The position numbers and the translations under genes were made by a program. From NCBI GenBank assembly GCA_964188305.1, contig OZ076885.1: a stretch of DNA of 64,000 bases, one strand, 5' to 3'. The notes under the pieces were generated by a model that saw only the letters and a list, made by a program, of their open reading frames with translations, searched no databases and had not been told where the DNA came from. Below are positions 34,931 to 49,399 of the stretch, in pieces (positions within the stretch are counted from its first letter, which is position 1; each line of letters begins with the position of its first letter). Origin of the DNA: Podarcis bocagei. Its lineage: Eukaryota.

Positions 34931-37900
34931 CACTCCATATCACCCAATCACACTTCTTCACATAGAGGACCTACTATTTTCTTGTTCTTCTCATTTCAAA
35001 CATAGCAAAGAAACCTTTATTATTATTATTAACCTCCCTTGCAAGCCTGAGCTCATTCCAAGCTTTGTGATTTTCCCTTTCTTCCATTTCTTATGCATGC
35101 CCTTCCTAATGTGAATCTTGGCACTAAGCAGTTAAAAAAAAAGTAGAAGAAGGTTCTCTTTTGATGGTCTTCCCTGTTGATGAGGTTTTTAAAATGGAAA
35201 AAGAAGACAAAAGTCGGGGCGGGGGAGTTCCTTTCTGAAACATAGTTATTCAGAGTTAATGACTTACAAGGTATGGTAAAATCTGAATAAAATTGGTCTG
35301 GTTTAAACGGAAAGTACATACCATCATTTCTCAAACATACAAAAATGCAAAGAATGAAAAGCAGAAGCTCTGTTTTGTGTAAGGATGCTTTTACTACAGA
35401 AACAAAGCAATAACATACAAAATTGAACTCTGCAATTTCTGGTTGTGGCTAACAACTAGGCAAACATGAGTTTAAAAAGCAAAATAAATCTCCAGCTTAA
35501 GAACTCTCTTTTCTTTCATACCGAAGTCTCAACATCCATATTTTGTGAAGCATACAACCCAGTACAACTGACCTATTGTTAAATGTACTGATTTGCCTTT
35601 AAAACAGAGAGAAAAAGTTAAATGCACTCATTAGTCTTCTTGTTAAAAACAAATTCTTCCCCCTGCTATTCACATCATTCATTAATGGTACAGAATGGCT
35701 TGCCTCCTGACTTTTCGGGGGGGGGCAATTTCTTTACTTATCATATTTTATCAGGAACAAAGAGTAGTCTTGTGCCATAAAAGCTTGTCAAAGTCGTAAT
35801 TACAATTCATTTGTCGGCATTCAGCTGTCTGTCATCTGTTAGCATTTTGAATGCTCTCTGTACATCTTTCTGCATTTGTCGGAATTTGCTTTAATTATTT
35901 ACCCCTCCTCGATCATCCATTACTGATTGCTAACTGCTTTCGTGCCTCTCTGCCGCTGGTTTTTCTGGCCTTGTATCAACATTGCTCGTAACCTTCAAGC
36001 CGTTCCAGGCAAGAAATGTTGATGGCGCTTATTAACATTTTCATTCTGCAAATTTATGAAAATGCCCTTGTTTACACAAGGAACGAGAATGTTTATCTGC
36101 ACAACCAATCTGCTTGCACAGCCTGCCAAAACACAGGAGGAAGTTTGGTTAAGCCACAAGAATGGGGTTGGGGAACTAAGGGGTTTTATGCAACAGTAAT
36201 GGTGTTCTACTGAGTCGGTGCTTAGTTTTGAAATGTAAGACGGACTACAGCTCAAGCTTGATGGGGAAGTCAGAGCCCTCCTGACTTTGGAATTTAGCTC
36301 CTTTCTTCAAATCCAAACTTTGTGGATAGTCACTGGCCTCTCATGGGACCCTGCCACCTAACATAAACAACAAGAACCTTATATGCATAAAGTGCCAAGG
36401 GGCACGTCTGTCTCAAGCTAAGGTCCTTAGAAGAAGTTTGATACTTTATCTCCATCTCCACCAGTGTTCTATTTCTACTGGTAGACTGATCTCTGGGTGG
36501 CAAGGGTGCCACTTAGGCTGCAATACCTACCTGCCTATCTTAGGAGCCAATTATCAGGGGCCAAAGTCCCTTTGACTCTCCCAATAAAATATCCGAGGAA
36601 GCCAGGGCCCCCCAAACTGATGGCCATTGCCATTCAAATGGTGTGTGCACACCACACCATGCAATCGATTTTGCAGGGTGGGACTTACCGGGGCAACCCC
36701 AATATTTTATTCAAATTGGCACCCCTGCCAGCCAGCCAGCTGATCCCAAAGCCACTTAGCTTACCAGGCCCTATAAAGCCCTAACTTCAAAGCTTCCTCT
36801 TCATATATCACAGAATTGCCAAAGTATCCCAATTAAGGTTCCCTGATAAGCATTAAACTCTCCAGCCACAAATACTGAAACATTCAGACAAGTTGTGACA
36901 TTCAGCCTGGATCCAGCACTATAGGACTAACGGGCAGAGGAAGTGCAACCAATAACACTCAAGGAGATGTCTAAGGTAAATAATGGCAACTATCAGAAGA
37001 CCTACATTATGTTGGAGCCCGAATTATGCTTAGCTTAATATTCTAACCACCGAATCTCATTATGCCTTTACCTGCTATAAGGTGCTTCTGAATGCAAACA
37101 CCTTTCTCTTCTGTAGGTGCCTGAAGCCCATGATCAAGGCCACCCGGTCTGCTTTTCGATAAGAAAAGTAGGCAAAGCTATTTAACACTGGCTGAGTTTT
37201 AGATAATGCTAACATATATTTAGTTCTGTGCTATGGTATGTGATTGCTCCCCCCACTGCAACTTTTGAAAAACCCTGTTGGCTACCAATAAATTGTCAAC
37301 TACTATTTCAAACACCCACACACCTCAGCTGCTGCCTAGTACCCTGCCACCTACCCAAAGAGGAACAAACGGAGGGATTTAAATGCTGTTGTCGTCTCAT
37401 TTCCCTTGCAAACCAGCCAAATGAAAGCACGTATTGAAATGGGCAACCCACCCAACATATGACTGTGGTGCCATAAAGTTCTAATATTTAAGTGCTTTGC
37501 GGTTCTGTGACTTTTAAAGCCAAGCTGGAAATGGCTCTGGCTATACAGCTGTGCAGTATAGCCATTCACCAGGGCTATAATCAAGATCCAGGAATAGGCA
37601 CAATTACACATCCAGGAATTAGGAGTACCTGCTTAAAATTATCAACTCTGGTGGAATTGTTAGGTGCTGGTTATGACCTATAAAGCCCTACACAGCTTAG
37701 GCCAAGCTATCTGAAAGACAGTAGTTGGGTTTGGGTTTTGAGATCTTCAGGACAGGCCTTTCTCTTGGTCCTGCCACCCTTACAGGCACACTTGGGGGAC
37801 ATGGGATGGGATGCAGGAGAGGTCCAGCAGGTAGCACTGAACATTTGGATTGTTCTGCTAGTGTACAACCTGTGAGATACCCCAGAATGTAGCTCTGCCT

Positions 37901-38010
37901 CTAGGATGGAAGAGGCACATTACTCAATTTGGCTTCCTTAACTCCATCTCCCTCTGTGGGGTGTGAGAATTAGAGCAGACCTGACCATTCCTCTCCTACA
38001 CATTGTCCGA

Positions 38011-38373
38011 AGGACGGTTAAGTCCAGTCAAAGGCAACTATGAGGTTGCGGCACTCATCTTGCTTTTTAGGCTGAGGGAGCTGGCGTTTGTCCACAGCCA
38101 GCTTTCCGGGTCATGTGGCCAGCATGACTAAACTGCTTCTGGAGCAACGGGACACCATGACGGAAACCAGAGTGCACAGAAATGCCGTTTACCTTCCCAT
38201 GGCAGTGGTACCTTTTTATCTACTTGCACTGGGGTGCTTTTGAACTGCTAGGTTGGCAGAAGATGGGACAGAGCAGTGGGAACTCACCCTGTCACGGGGA
38301 TTCAAACTGCCAACCACTTGATCAGCAAGCCCAAGAGGCTCAGTGGTTTAGACCACAGCGCCACCTACATCCC
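38011..38373 (-). mobile_element. Sauria SINE, older subfamily
   Basis: Reverse-complement match to the copy at 30155, more diverged. Confidence 0.9.
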
Positions 38374-41300
38374 TTGTGTGGAGTAAAAGTAACTTAGCAG
38401 GACAGGCTCTGAGAATGTGTGAATGGCTATAGTTGGTTCTGTTGTGATTTAATATTTGTATGTAACTTCTCCAACAATGCAGATGAGCTTACAGTGGCTC
38501 ATGACATGACAATAAGAAAACATTAGAAGATAACATTTAAATAACATTTCCATCAATGTAACAATATGCAGAAACAAATCAGGAAAAAAAGAGGGTAAAC
38601 CATTAATGAAGTTCAACACAAACGTATACAAAATAATTCAAAGTATGGGAGGCATGTGCTAGTTTTTCATTTTGAACAATGCCATTGAGCCAGATGGTGG
38701 TGGTGGTAGACTAGGTCAACTCAAAGACACCTTTCAAACCATGAACACAAACCCATAAAGAAAATTGTGGTCTATGAAACCAATCCATGTGCATCCAAGG
38801 GGAGGCAGCTTCATTTTACTTAAGAGCTGCCCTCATGGTGGAATGAATTGTACCTTTGTCATTCCACCCCCACAAAACTCAGCAAAGACTGAGACATGTT
38901 CTTCGGACCCTTGTACACTCCACCTCTAATGGCCAAGGCCCAAGGGCACTTGTTTCTGCCCTTTGTCAAATGTAGGAAATCTAGGAGTTCCATAATCAGA
39001 AGTTATCACCCAGTCAATAAAAAAAGCAAACTGACAAACCCTACCATGGAACGATTATTTGGTAACTCCACCAATAAAAACTCATGATCTGTTGAGCTTC
39101 CTCTGTTGGAACACCCCATCAAGATATGTTATCTAAAGATCCTGTAATAAATGTCTCAGCCTGTTGAAACCTCAAAAAATCCCCACTCTCCTAGGCTCTT
39201 CTGAGACACCAGATCATAAAATGACATCACTGTGTGATAACTGGCTTGTATTTTCTCCTTCTATTTGGTCCCCACACTACAAATTGCTCAGACAGGCAGC
39301 ATTGCAATGATTAGCGATGTTCAATCACTTTGGAAGCTACAGAATGTATGATAAAGCTTGTCAAATCTCAAAGAGTTGATCATTTTCAGAGATGCCAGGA
39401 AAGTCTGCTGGACTCTAGCCCAGGTATGAGGGTTGGGGCTTCATAATGCATTTCTTAAAGCAGAGATGAGTATTTAAATCTGAAGCACAGAATAATTCCT
39501 GTCTCATCTATCCACCTACTTACCAAACTCTCCCACCCACCAAACCCTCCCTCACCCAACCTCCCACTTCCCTTTTAAATTTCATTATGACTCATCACTG
39601 TTCTGAAAATCTCTTCTGTGTCTCACCCCTAGTGCAATGGATGCGGTGCAGCCTACATACAATAAACTCCTTCATTTCATTTCCCAACATAGCCAAAAAG
39701 ATTTTACCCATCTTCTGAGCCATGCTTGTTCTTATATCAACCACCTCTGGGGCCATTTCATACATTATACCGTACTTTTGGGCTGACAGTTAGAATTGCA
39801 AAGTGAGAATGTGTCAACCAAAGGCACAACTGAGGCAAGGTTAAATATTTTTCAATCCTATTGATTTCAGTGACAGAGATCTAAGCATGTGCTTAGCACC
39901 TCCATTGAAATCAATGGGATTTTGCATGCTTAACTTTGGCAAGTATTTTAAAACACATATATTGCACAGTTACATTCACCATGGAGTCATGCTTATCTAT
40001 AGCTCCCTGTTGAGAGTGTACTTGCTGGAAAACTTGTGTTTACCTTTGCGTAATATGTGAAATAACTTACAGTGGACAACTTGAGTTTCAGGAATGTAAC
40101 CAGTCCAGTAAAAGTAACACATAAAGTAAAGAGAATATATCCTTGTTGTCCAAGAACAGGGCAATATATTTGCAATGACGTTGTTTTTCTTATCCCAGTT
40201 ATTATGCCAAACGGACAGACCAGAAAAATAAAACAAAGCACAAATGTTGGTGTTTCGTGTCGTAAAAATCACTGAAGTACAAATTTTGTCTCCTCATCTG
40301 TTTAATTGCATTAGTCCTGCCACTCTTGACACACATTGCTATGTCAGCATCATACATGGTTTTTTTTGTTAGTGGACACATCTTGCCCATATTAGAAAAT
40401 AAATGGGATTTAAATAAATCAAATGAGAAATTGTTTTAAGAGGCTAACAAGAGAGACAAACGAGAACCTGACAGAGTCAAAACAGAAATAGCAACAAGGA
40501 AGCTTGTCTTCCTCATCTGAGATGATTTTTCTAAAATTAAACAACTTCTCTCTACAGCTCAAGAGCAAGTAGATATTTATGACAAAGATTGCTGAAATAC
40601 ATTTCCTGTGCATGTTCACTTGACCCAGTCACTCAATTCTTCAGGACTTCAGAGTGATTGTGGTCTGATCTCTTAAAACAGGGTCATCTTCAAATAACAT
40701 GAGGAAGACACAGAAGGGCTAGGAAGCCATAAACAACGATGAGCCCATTTGCCTTCTGTTCATTAGTTTATTTAATTAAAGATAAATTAACATAGTTTTC
40801 ACTCACCATCAGATGGTATGTTCCAAGAAGTCCAAGGAGAAGGGGACACAGGCAACTCCTTTGGACTATAGGAAATCCTGAGATGAGCGTCCCGGGGCAG
40901 CAGGGTCAAGCTGTCACAGCTTGGCTTTGCTGAGAGCAGCCTATATCTTCTGGGGAAATTGTGTTTGTGGTGATGGGTGGGAGCAGGCTAAGTACTCATC
41001 CCATGTCACAATCCAGGTTGGCTTGCCTCATGATAGGCTCCACTCTGAGGGAACTCAGCTCCACCTATTCTGCATTCTCCAGCAGCCTCATAACCTGGTC
41101 TGAATCCAGGGAGACCGAGAGAGACGTGCTTCCTTCCACTGTTGATTAAGTTCTTCACTGGGAAAGACACCAGAAAAAGGGAAGCAGATACACTGACTGA
41201 TAGGCTTTCTTGAGAGGTATCCTCATTCTCGTTATCAGCTGTGCATGCACCAAGGAACTTTTGAAGGTCATGACTTCCCCCAAATAATCCTGGAGAGCAG

Positions 41301-41559
41301 GAAAAAATGGGCATCGAGAGGCTTTTAGAAGTTTCTCTTATGCGTGTGAGGCCCCGGAACTTAACCGCTGCCTAAGTGTGGAGGGGACGGGATGCCTGTA
41401 AATACAAAACAAGTTTCTATGAAAACCCAACGCTAAATGAGATATAGTCATAAAGCATCCACACAATTCCCAATATAAAAACACAATATCCCAATCTATC
41501 CATTACAGAGAGCAGTACCCCATTTTTTAAAAAAATAAATAAATGTAGGCCACCTGAAG

Positions 41560-41830
41560 CAAATGAACCTTTAAAGCCTTTCTTAAGGGCTGGACTGTGC
41601 TGAACTCCCAGAGATTATCTAGCAATGAGTTCCAGAGCTGTGGGACCACCACAGAAAAGCCCCTCTCCCTTTGTGCAACCATCACAGAAAAGTCCTGCCA
41701 GTTGCACTTATCTAGATTGCAGGCAGATGAGCAGGTTCCTAATGAGCAAGTAGGATGGATTCAGGTAGTCCTTCAGGTAACTTGGGCCCAAACCTTAAAA
41801 ATTAAAACCAACACTTTAAACTGGGCTCAG
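41560..41830 (-). mobile_element. Degenerate L2 3' fragment (similar relics at ~37660-37800 and ~58600-59000)
   Basis: GAGTTCCAGAG..ACCACAGAAAAGCCC..ACCAACACTTTAAACTGGGC motifs, as in the 5615 copy. Confidence 0.6.
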
Positions 41831-42096
41831 AATGGGACCACAGTCAGCATAAGGACAATGTCACATATCTCTAGTTAGGTTCCCAGAGTCTATTACAATG
41901 TGCTTTTGTGCAGTGCCAGACGAGGACATAAGGGACCAGAGTTCTAGCCCCAACTTGACCATGAAGCTCATTGAGTGACCTTGGACCTGTCACAATCTCT
42001 CAGCCTAATTTGGGGGAAGAATTTGGGGAAGAACTATATAATCCACCTCGAACTCTCTGGAGGAAAGGTGGGATATAAATGAATCAAATTAATTAC

Positions 42097-42472
42097 AGGT
42101 AAAGGACCCCTGGATGGTTAAGTCCAGTCAAAGGCGACTATGGGTTTGTGAGGCTCATCTTGCTTTCAGGCCAAGGGAGCTGGCGCTTGTCCACAGACAG
42201 CTTTCCGGGTCATGTGGCCAGCATGACTAAACCACTTCTGGCACAATGGAACACTGTGACGGAAACCAGATCGCATGGAAAGGCTATTTCCTTTCCTGCC
42301 ACAACAGTACCTATTTATCTACTTGTACTGGCATGCTTTCAAACTGCTAGGTTGGCAGGAGCTAGGACAGAACAATGAGAGCTCACCCCATCACAGGGAT
42401 TCAAACCACCAATCTTCTGATCAGCAAGCCCAAGAGGCTCAATGGTTTAGACCAAAGTGCCGCCCGTGTCCC
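42097..42472 (-). mobile_element. Sauria SINE
   Basis: AGGTAAAGG tail through GTGTCCC head, same core. Confidence 0.9.
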
Positions 42473-44074
42473 AATTTTAATAAATAAAATTATTTTATAA
42501 ATAATAATTAATAAAAACAAATAGTACAATTTGGGGTGGAGCCAGGTGGCTTTCTCTCTTTTCCTTTTATCATTTGATTGAAGTACGGCTCATCTCTGTC
42601 ACTGTGGCATCCAGTCTTTATTGTCAGATGACACCATGAACACTGAACATTCTCTAGTTATCAGAAAACTAAGCTTCAGAAATAAATAAACAAAATCAAC
42701 ATGGACTGCTTTGCTGTTGTGTGACCTTGGGCAAGTACTTGAGTCTTTGTGTGCCTCGTTTTCCAATCTGTTTAATGTTGGTAATAGCACCTTTCTATCT
42801 CGCAAGAGAGCTAAGTAAATAAACAAACTCAAGGCCACAAGACACTCCTATCCCATAGTAATAGGCTACAGGTAGGAATTAGAAACTAAGATGCTGGTAG
42901 TTTACTTCACGTCTTAACAAAGTTATCCAAGGTAACCTTGCACAGCAGCTTTGAACATTTCAGTGCTGTTTGACCAATTAGAATTAAGGGCTGTAATCTG
43001 TGCTGCATTCAATGTGGTGGATTTGATTCCTCAGCATTTTATCTGACACATTATCTAGGGGTTGCAAAAGGAAACATTACAGCTGCCTCACCAACCTGGT
43101 GCCCTCTTGATATTTTGGATTATGATTTCCATCAACACAGCATGATGGTTGGGGTTGGTGGAGTTGTAGTCCAAAGCCTCTGTGATTATTTCAGCTAAAT
43201 GGGCATTGAAACACGTTTGTTTTTTCATCATTTCGGCGTGTGAAAGGAACTTTTCTTTTTTATGGAGTTCATCAAATTTACACAGCTATTTAATGAGAAT
43301 AATTGACCTTAGGAGTAAGTCACCTGGCAGTAAAGTGGATTCTATTGTGTGGGAGCCGCTGTTTACTTGCTTCAAAGATCTATTCATAATCTGGAAGCCT
43401 TATACCATTAACCCCATCAACAACTTGCTTAACAGCATACAAAGCCCATTGTGTAGTTGATGACCATCATTTAGACAGGGAGCTTTCTACATAGCTCCCA
43501 AATCAGAAAATGATGGTTGCTGTTTAGAAACGCTTTGGTATGAACCAGGATGTTCAATGCAACCCATGCATATGTCTATTAACAATTTTTAAGAAACCCA
43601 TCTTAAATTATTACACAAGCAACTTACCACTTTTTTTCCTGGTAGCAACATGATTACTTATAGGAAAAAACAGGAAATAATTTGGTCATCTATGCATCAC
43701 ACAATAGAAACAGAATGTAAGGACAAGTGCTGAGAAACTTAGAGAGTACAAGATCTGGGTGTTTCTGTTGAAACATGACACTCTTTTATAAAATACTCCC
43801 ACCAAATATGCGTATAAGGGTTCTGGTAAAATTTGACACATTAATCTTCTGTTCTGGGGGAAGGGATGGAAGGGGGGAAACCAGTTGTTTGGATAATGTT
43901 GATAATGTTTATGTTCATGCCTCTGTTCCTGCTATTGGAAAGTAATAAAATATATTAAAATAGAAACACTTTGGTGTGACAAACAGATAACTAATAGAGA
44001 GATTTGTGAAAATGTGACCTTTTTATTTTTTTTTGCAGTCTGTCCCATTTTTCTAATTGCTCGGGAATGCATAG

Positions 44075-44205
44075 CAGAGGTAGTCAACGTGGTGCCTTCC
44101 AGATGTTAGACTGCAGAACAGCTCCCATCTTCCTCAACCATTGACCATGCTCTCTGCGGATCATGGAGCCCAGCAACATCTGGAGGGCACCATGTTGCCT
44201 ATCCC
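44075..44205. mobile_element. Degenerate hAT MITE (further relics near 43090-43175, 44545-44625, 62690-62780)
   Basis: CCTTCCAGATGTT...AACATCTGGAGGG inverted motif shared with the intact copies. Confidence 0.65.
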
Positions 44206-47057
44206 ACTTCATAACATTGTGTCAGCAGCATGAATTGGGGGTGGGCACATGTAGGCTAGGGTCACAGCATCACAATTTATGGGTTACAGCCCACAGCATA
44301 TGGCAAAGCGTATAGCAAGGATCTAGCTCTTAGGTAGCCTGACTTCTGGCTGATCAACCATCCCAGCCAAGACATCAGGTTGACACCTAGAGCAGTAGGA
44401 GGCATATATTAGTACTGTGGGCCTATCAGTTTACCTGGGTGTGTGGCAGACCTCCCTGCCTCTGAGTTTGACCGGGGCCATGAAACAACACCCTTTAGGG
44501 ACAGTACTGGCAGGATGTATGTCCTAGAAGTGGACCAGTAGGAGAAGGTTGTAGGAATCCATCTCCCATCAGACCCAGCCAGCATAGCCAGTGGCCAGGA
44601 ATAATGGAAGTTGTAATCCAACAACGCCTGTACTTGGTGAACTATTTAGGAAATGGGCTTTCTAATTGTATATCCCAGACAAGACTGCAAAATGACATTC
44701 ATTTCTCACTGTGTTCCCTTTGCTCCTTCTCCCCTCTATGGAGTAGGAAGAAAGGTAGAACTGCACTGGATCCAGCAGCTTACTAAGCCTCAAAGAGTTG
44801 ACTGGTGATTACAAAAGACCTTTGTTGCTTCTTTCAAGATCTCCAGAAGAATCCCAATCAATGAGACCACTAGCTATTTTAAACTGGTTGTGGACAGGAC
44901 TGGTGAATGAGTCTTTACCCAGAGGCATCATAGAGGTGAGCCAAAAATTTAAGAGATAATTTTACCAAGAGGTCTGGCATGATACTACTAACTGCTTGCC
45001 TCCCACCACAAATCGCCAACTAAACTTTCCAAAACAATCTGATCGCAACAGGAAAACGTGCTGATGTCCAATCCACATGGATTAACTTTCTCCTTTTTTC
45101 TGAATGACTAGCCAAGTGCACCTAGGATACAGTGTGATACAAAGCAATGTGGCATTAAAGAATCTGGACAAAGTACAGCAGATGATTCAGGCCCTCTTCC
45201 CCTAGGAGCTCATGTGCCAGCTGTGCTCAGGGACTCACAGCACTTGGGAAATTGTATGCTCTCAAGTATGAAGAGCACAGGGTGACTGTTTTCATAAATC
45301 CATCATACAGAATTTTGCTAACATAAAGTATATTCCCTGTAAGAGCATATTTAGTGCATAAATGCAAGTCTTTGAAAGCCCAAGGCCATTCCATGAACTG
45401 AAGGGCTTTTGATCTGTTGCAGGAGGGAGATGTTGATCAATTCCCAACTCCTCTGCTTCCCTCTTATGCCTCTTAAAAATCTGTTCCAGAAGTTTTGGGG
45501 ACACTCCAGAACAACATGGAAAATGGGTGGGGGGAGAGATAAGGAAATTACCTTATCTTCCATCTGCAGAGCCTGTTACTAGATCAAACACCGTTCTGCA
45601 AATGGAATGATTTCTTCAGTTTGCAACCAATATCCTGGGGCTCACCAAGGTAAATGATCTCAGCATGGAGCGTGAATTTTATGAAAGTGTCCCCCTTCTC
45701 ATTTGTTATGCAAGTGTGTCCTGACTCATAGCAATTTCCATACTCCAGAAGAGGTGATGGCTCAAACAAGATGGTGGGAGGAAGACTCAGGTCTCCTTAA
45801 GCCATCTTTGTTCTGGTGTGAGGTCAGGACCCTGGACAGCCCCACAGACAACAGTTCTCCAGTTGAAAGCAGAAAGCACAAGCTGCCATAATGCTGTCTT
45901 GCTGCAACTTGCAGGACATTACAGTCTAGCCTGGAGGACCAAGAGAGGTCCACCTTCTGAGTCCTGCAACATACCAGTTAAAGGCCCAGTCTTCTTTGAC
46001 ACAGCTGTTGACTCCCTCTAGGCAGAAGAGTTTGAAGCTGAAGGGACATGGGTCATAGATACTCTTGACCTTCAGAGGATTTGGCAGTTCATTCCTTAAC
46101 ATCTACAAAGGTTCCAGCCAGGTGAGGAATCTAGTGCTAGAGCATCCATCTTCTCCTTGGAGGCATAACTAACACTTTGAGACTCTGAATCAAAGGGTTA
46201 AAGGCCGTCCTAATCATGATTCTCTGCTGGAGAGGAATGCCAGCCCAATGTCAACCCTAAAGGGAAGTTAAAATAACAGGACATTATCCTGCTCTTGCTA
46301 TACAAAGCACAAGGAATGGAGACTCTTTCAGTACTTGGATGCAGCAATACATTGGGCCATGACAAACCTACTCAAGGCTTCTGCTCCACCCATTAGTCCA
46401 TCTATGCACTCATTCCCACCCAACACATACAGCCTTCTCCTCCTCAGGACCTGTCGTGGGACTACCATGGGATGAGTCTGCTTGAACCAGACTTGAGAGA
46501 AAAAGAAGGGGCCAAGAACTGGGACTCCCTCCGGCAGTTAATAGACTGAGAGTAAGAGGGAGCTAGGCTGGCCATGTGCCCTACTATACCAAGGACAGTC
46601 CACTATTTGAAGGTCTTGTCCTAATCCAGTTTAAACAACCTTAAAATGGGAAAGTAGGAAGGTCAACCATTAGCAGTTGAATTTAGCACAATCTGGTCAC
46701 AGCATTCCTCCTTATGGCAAGATGTATTGTCTTTCTTACATAAATTAGAGTGATACTTTCTAAATTTGCATCAGTATGTTTAATCTACTGTAAGTACATT
46801 TTATGTGACTGTGTACCCTCTTTGGCACTGTCATTGATGGTGTGTGCCTCTTGGGGTGTTTGTGCTTGTTTACTCAAAAGGTGGTGCAATGGGCCACCTC
46901 TCCTCCCTTCACAGTCTGCTTAGCAACAGTTACCTAGTCTCTCTCTCCCCACCCCTCTCTCGCCTATTTTCTTGAATATAATTTGTTTTAAACACATTTT
47001 AATATTTTATTTTTCATTTGCTGTAACTTACCATAGGATCTTATGGTAATTGGAATG

Positions 47058-47299
47058 CAGTGGAACCTCGGGTTACATATGCTTCAGGTTACATACGCTT
47101 CAGGTTACAGACTCCGCTAACCCAGAAATAGTGCTTCAGGTTAAGAACTTTGCCTCAGGATGAGAACAGAAATCGTGCTCCGGCGGCACGGCGGAAGCAG
47201 GAGGCCCCATTAGCTAAAGTGGTGCTTCAGGTTAAGCACAGTTTCAGGTTTAGTACGGACCTACGGAATGAATTAAGTACTTAACCTGAGGTACCACTG
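47058..47299. mobile_element. Tc1/mariner MITE, same family, opposite orientation
   Basis: CAGTGGAACCTC..GAGGTACCACTG termini; internal sequence is the reverse complement of the 60811 copy. Confidence 0.9.
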
Positions 47300-47419
47300 T
47301 AGTTTATTGTGACAAGAAGGAGAAGAAGAAGAAGAAGTCACATGACTTTGTGCACAGGGATCAGGAATAAATCCACTGTTCAAAGCTGATTAAAATAACA
47401 GCAAAAGCACATTTGATGC

Positions 47420-47695
47420 TCAAGAAATAGTGATGGCCACCAACTTGGATGCCTTTAAAAGAGGACTAGAGAAATTCACAGAGGCTGTCAATGACTGCTA
47501 GACACAATGACTGTGTTCTACCTCCACTGTCAGAGGCAGCATGCATTTGAATGCCAGTTGATCACAAATCAGGAAGTGCTGTTGCACTTAGCTCCTTCCT
47601 GAGGACTTCCATAGGCATCTGGTTGGCCACAGTGAGAGCAGGAAGTTGGACCAGGGGGGTCATTGGGCTGTTCCAGCAGACTCTGCTTATGCTCT
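47420..47695 (+). mobile_element. CR1 3'-end relic
   Basis: GTGATGGCCACCAACTTGGATGCCTTTAAAAGAGGACTAGA..GGCATCTGGTTGGCCAC tail. Confidence 0.7.
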
Positions 47696-48460
47696 GAAGA
47701 TCTGAATGTAGGGCAAATGGTACTTCATAAGGCACAAGGTTACATCCCTGACAAGGATGGTACATAACACACCACTGCCTGAACCAAATAATCTTGTTTT
47801 GGGTTTATAATGTTATGAGAAGAATGTAAACTTTCACTTGCCCGTGTCACTTTTCATCTTAACACTGCATATTTGTCTAAGACATCCGCATGCCTGCATT
47901 TTCTGTTATATAAATCTCAACATGCAAATATGGAAAGTCTGACATTTGGGAGAGCAGCTCTGACAGCCAACGGGAATTAAAAATAGAATGCAGAGGTATT
48001 TAATGTAGAGTAAAATCAGATATAAATGGTGCATGGATACATCAGTCAGCTACTCTGAATCATGAATAGTTTATCTCCTCTTAATCTTTGCATTAAACAC
48101 AGTTATTGCTTGGTATTTATGATGCCATTAAAATGAGTGTGCACTGTCAAAAATTATTGACATCGGATGAGTCAGATCTTCTCTCTCTCTCTCTCTCTCT
48201 GATGTCTGCAGAGAAAGAGTCTTCATTTAGATTGTATAAGATTTGAATCAACAGCTGCTTTGTAGAATTGCCTAAATAATTTGGCCTGTGTGACTCATAG
48301 AATCATATGAGTGGCACCCAGAACTGGACACAGTATTCCAGGTGTGGTCTGACCAAGGCAGAATAGAGTGGTACTATTACTCCCCTTGATTTGGACACTA
48401 TATTATTTCAGTTTTGCATAGTTGTCAATCACTTTCACTTTTCCAAAGCATTCCATAGAT

Positions 48461-48596
48461 CAGGCTTCCTCAACCTTGGCCCTCCAGATGTTTTTGGCCT
48501 ACACCTCCCATGATCCCTAGCTACCAGGACCAGTAGTCAGGGATGATGGGAATTGTAGTCTCAAAACATTTGGAGGGCCGAGGTTGAGGAAGCCTG
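48461..48596. mobile_element. hAT-family palindromic MITE, 136 bp, related to the 29023 copy
   Basis: Inverted arms; 8-bp TSD CCATAGAT/CCACAGAT (7/8). Confidence 0.9.
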
Positions 48597-49399
48597 CCAC
48601 AGATGTTCTTCCAATATAGTCATTAAAATATCTGATGCATTGAAAAACAAACAAACCTCCAAAGCAACTTGCAATGAGATGCATGAATGAGAGGTGTCAA
48701 TCAAGTCTACTACTGGATGTGCTATGGCAAAACAAAAACAGCTGCACTGAACATGCAACCATAAAGCTCACAGTTGGAATGATCAGGAGAAATTACCACT
48801 TTGTCCACAATAAAATACATTGTCAGCTTTCGGCACAGTTTCTGTTATTCCAGTTCTGTGCGGAGAATTATTTTTATTACTGATTTTTAGTTTTCTCACA
48901 CAAACAGTAGAATAAAGAAATAAAAACACTGGATGGGTGTCACCCTCCAAATTGCCATCTGTGTTAGTGGTACACATTTATCAGACATGACTTGAAACTC
49001 AGTGGTAGAAAAGACAAAGTGATGAATTGGGAGATTATAAACAAACATTTTTTTCTTCATGATTGTACACTGAAGAAATAACTATCAGTTCAGGTGACTG
49101 ATATGGCTTCCCTCAGGTCTTCTCTTGCCCATTTGGTCTAGGGAGCTACTTACTAACAACGCCACAGTCTTAACTTGATTAAGCTTCAGTTTATTGGTTC
49201 TCATCCACTGCTACACCTGCAGATGTAAAGGAGAAACAGAGCTGTGTATCACCAATATATTGCTGACAACACACTCCAGAACTTTGGATGACCAGTACCG
49301 AGGTTTCATGTCGATGTTAAGCAATTGGATGTGGGTGTGTAAAAGAAGAACTCCACACTTAAGGCTGCATAGGCTGAACAGAACTCCCCAAGCACCAGC

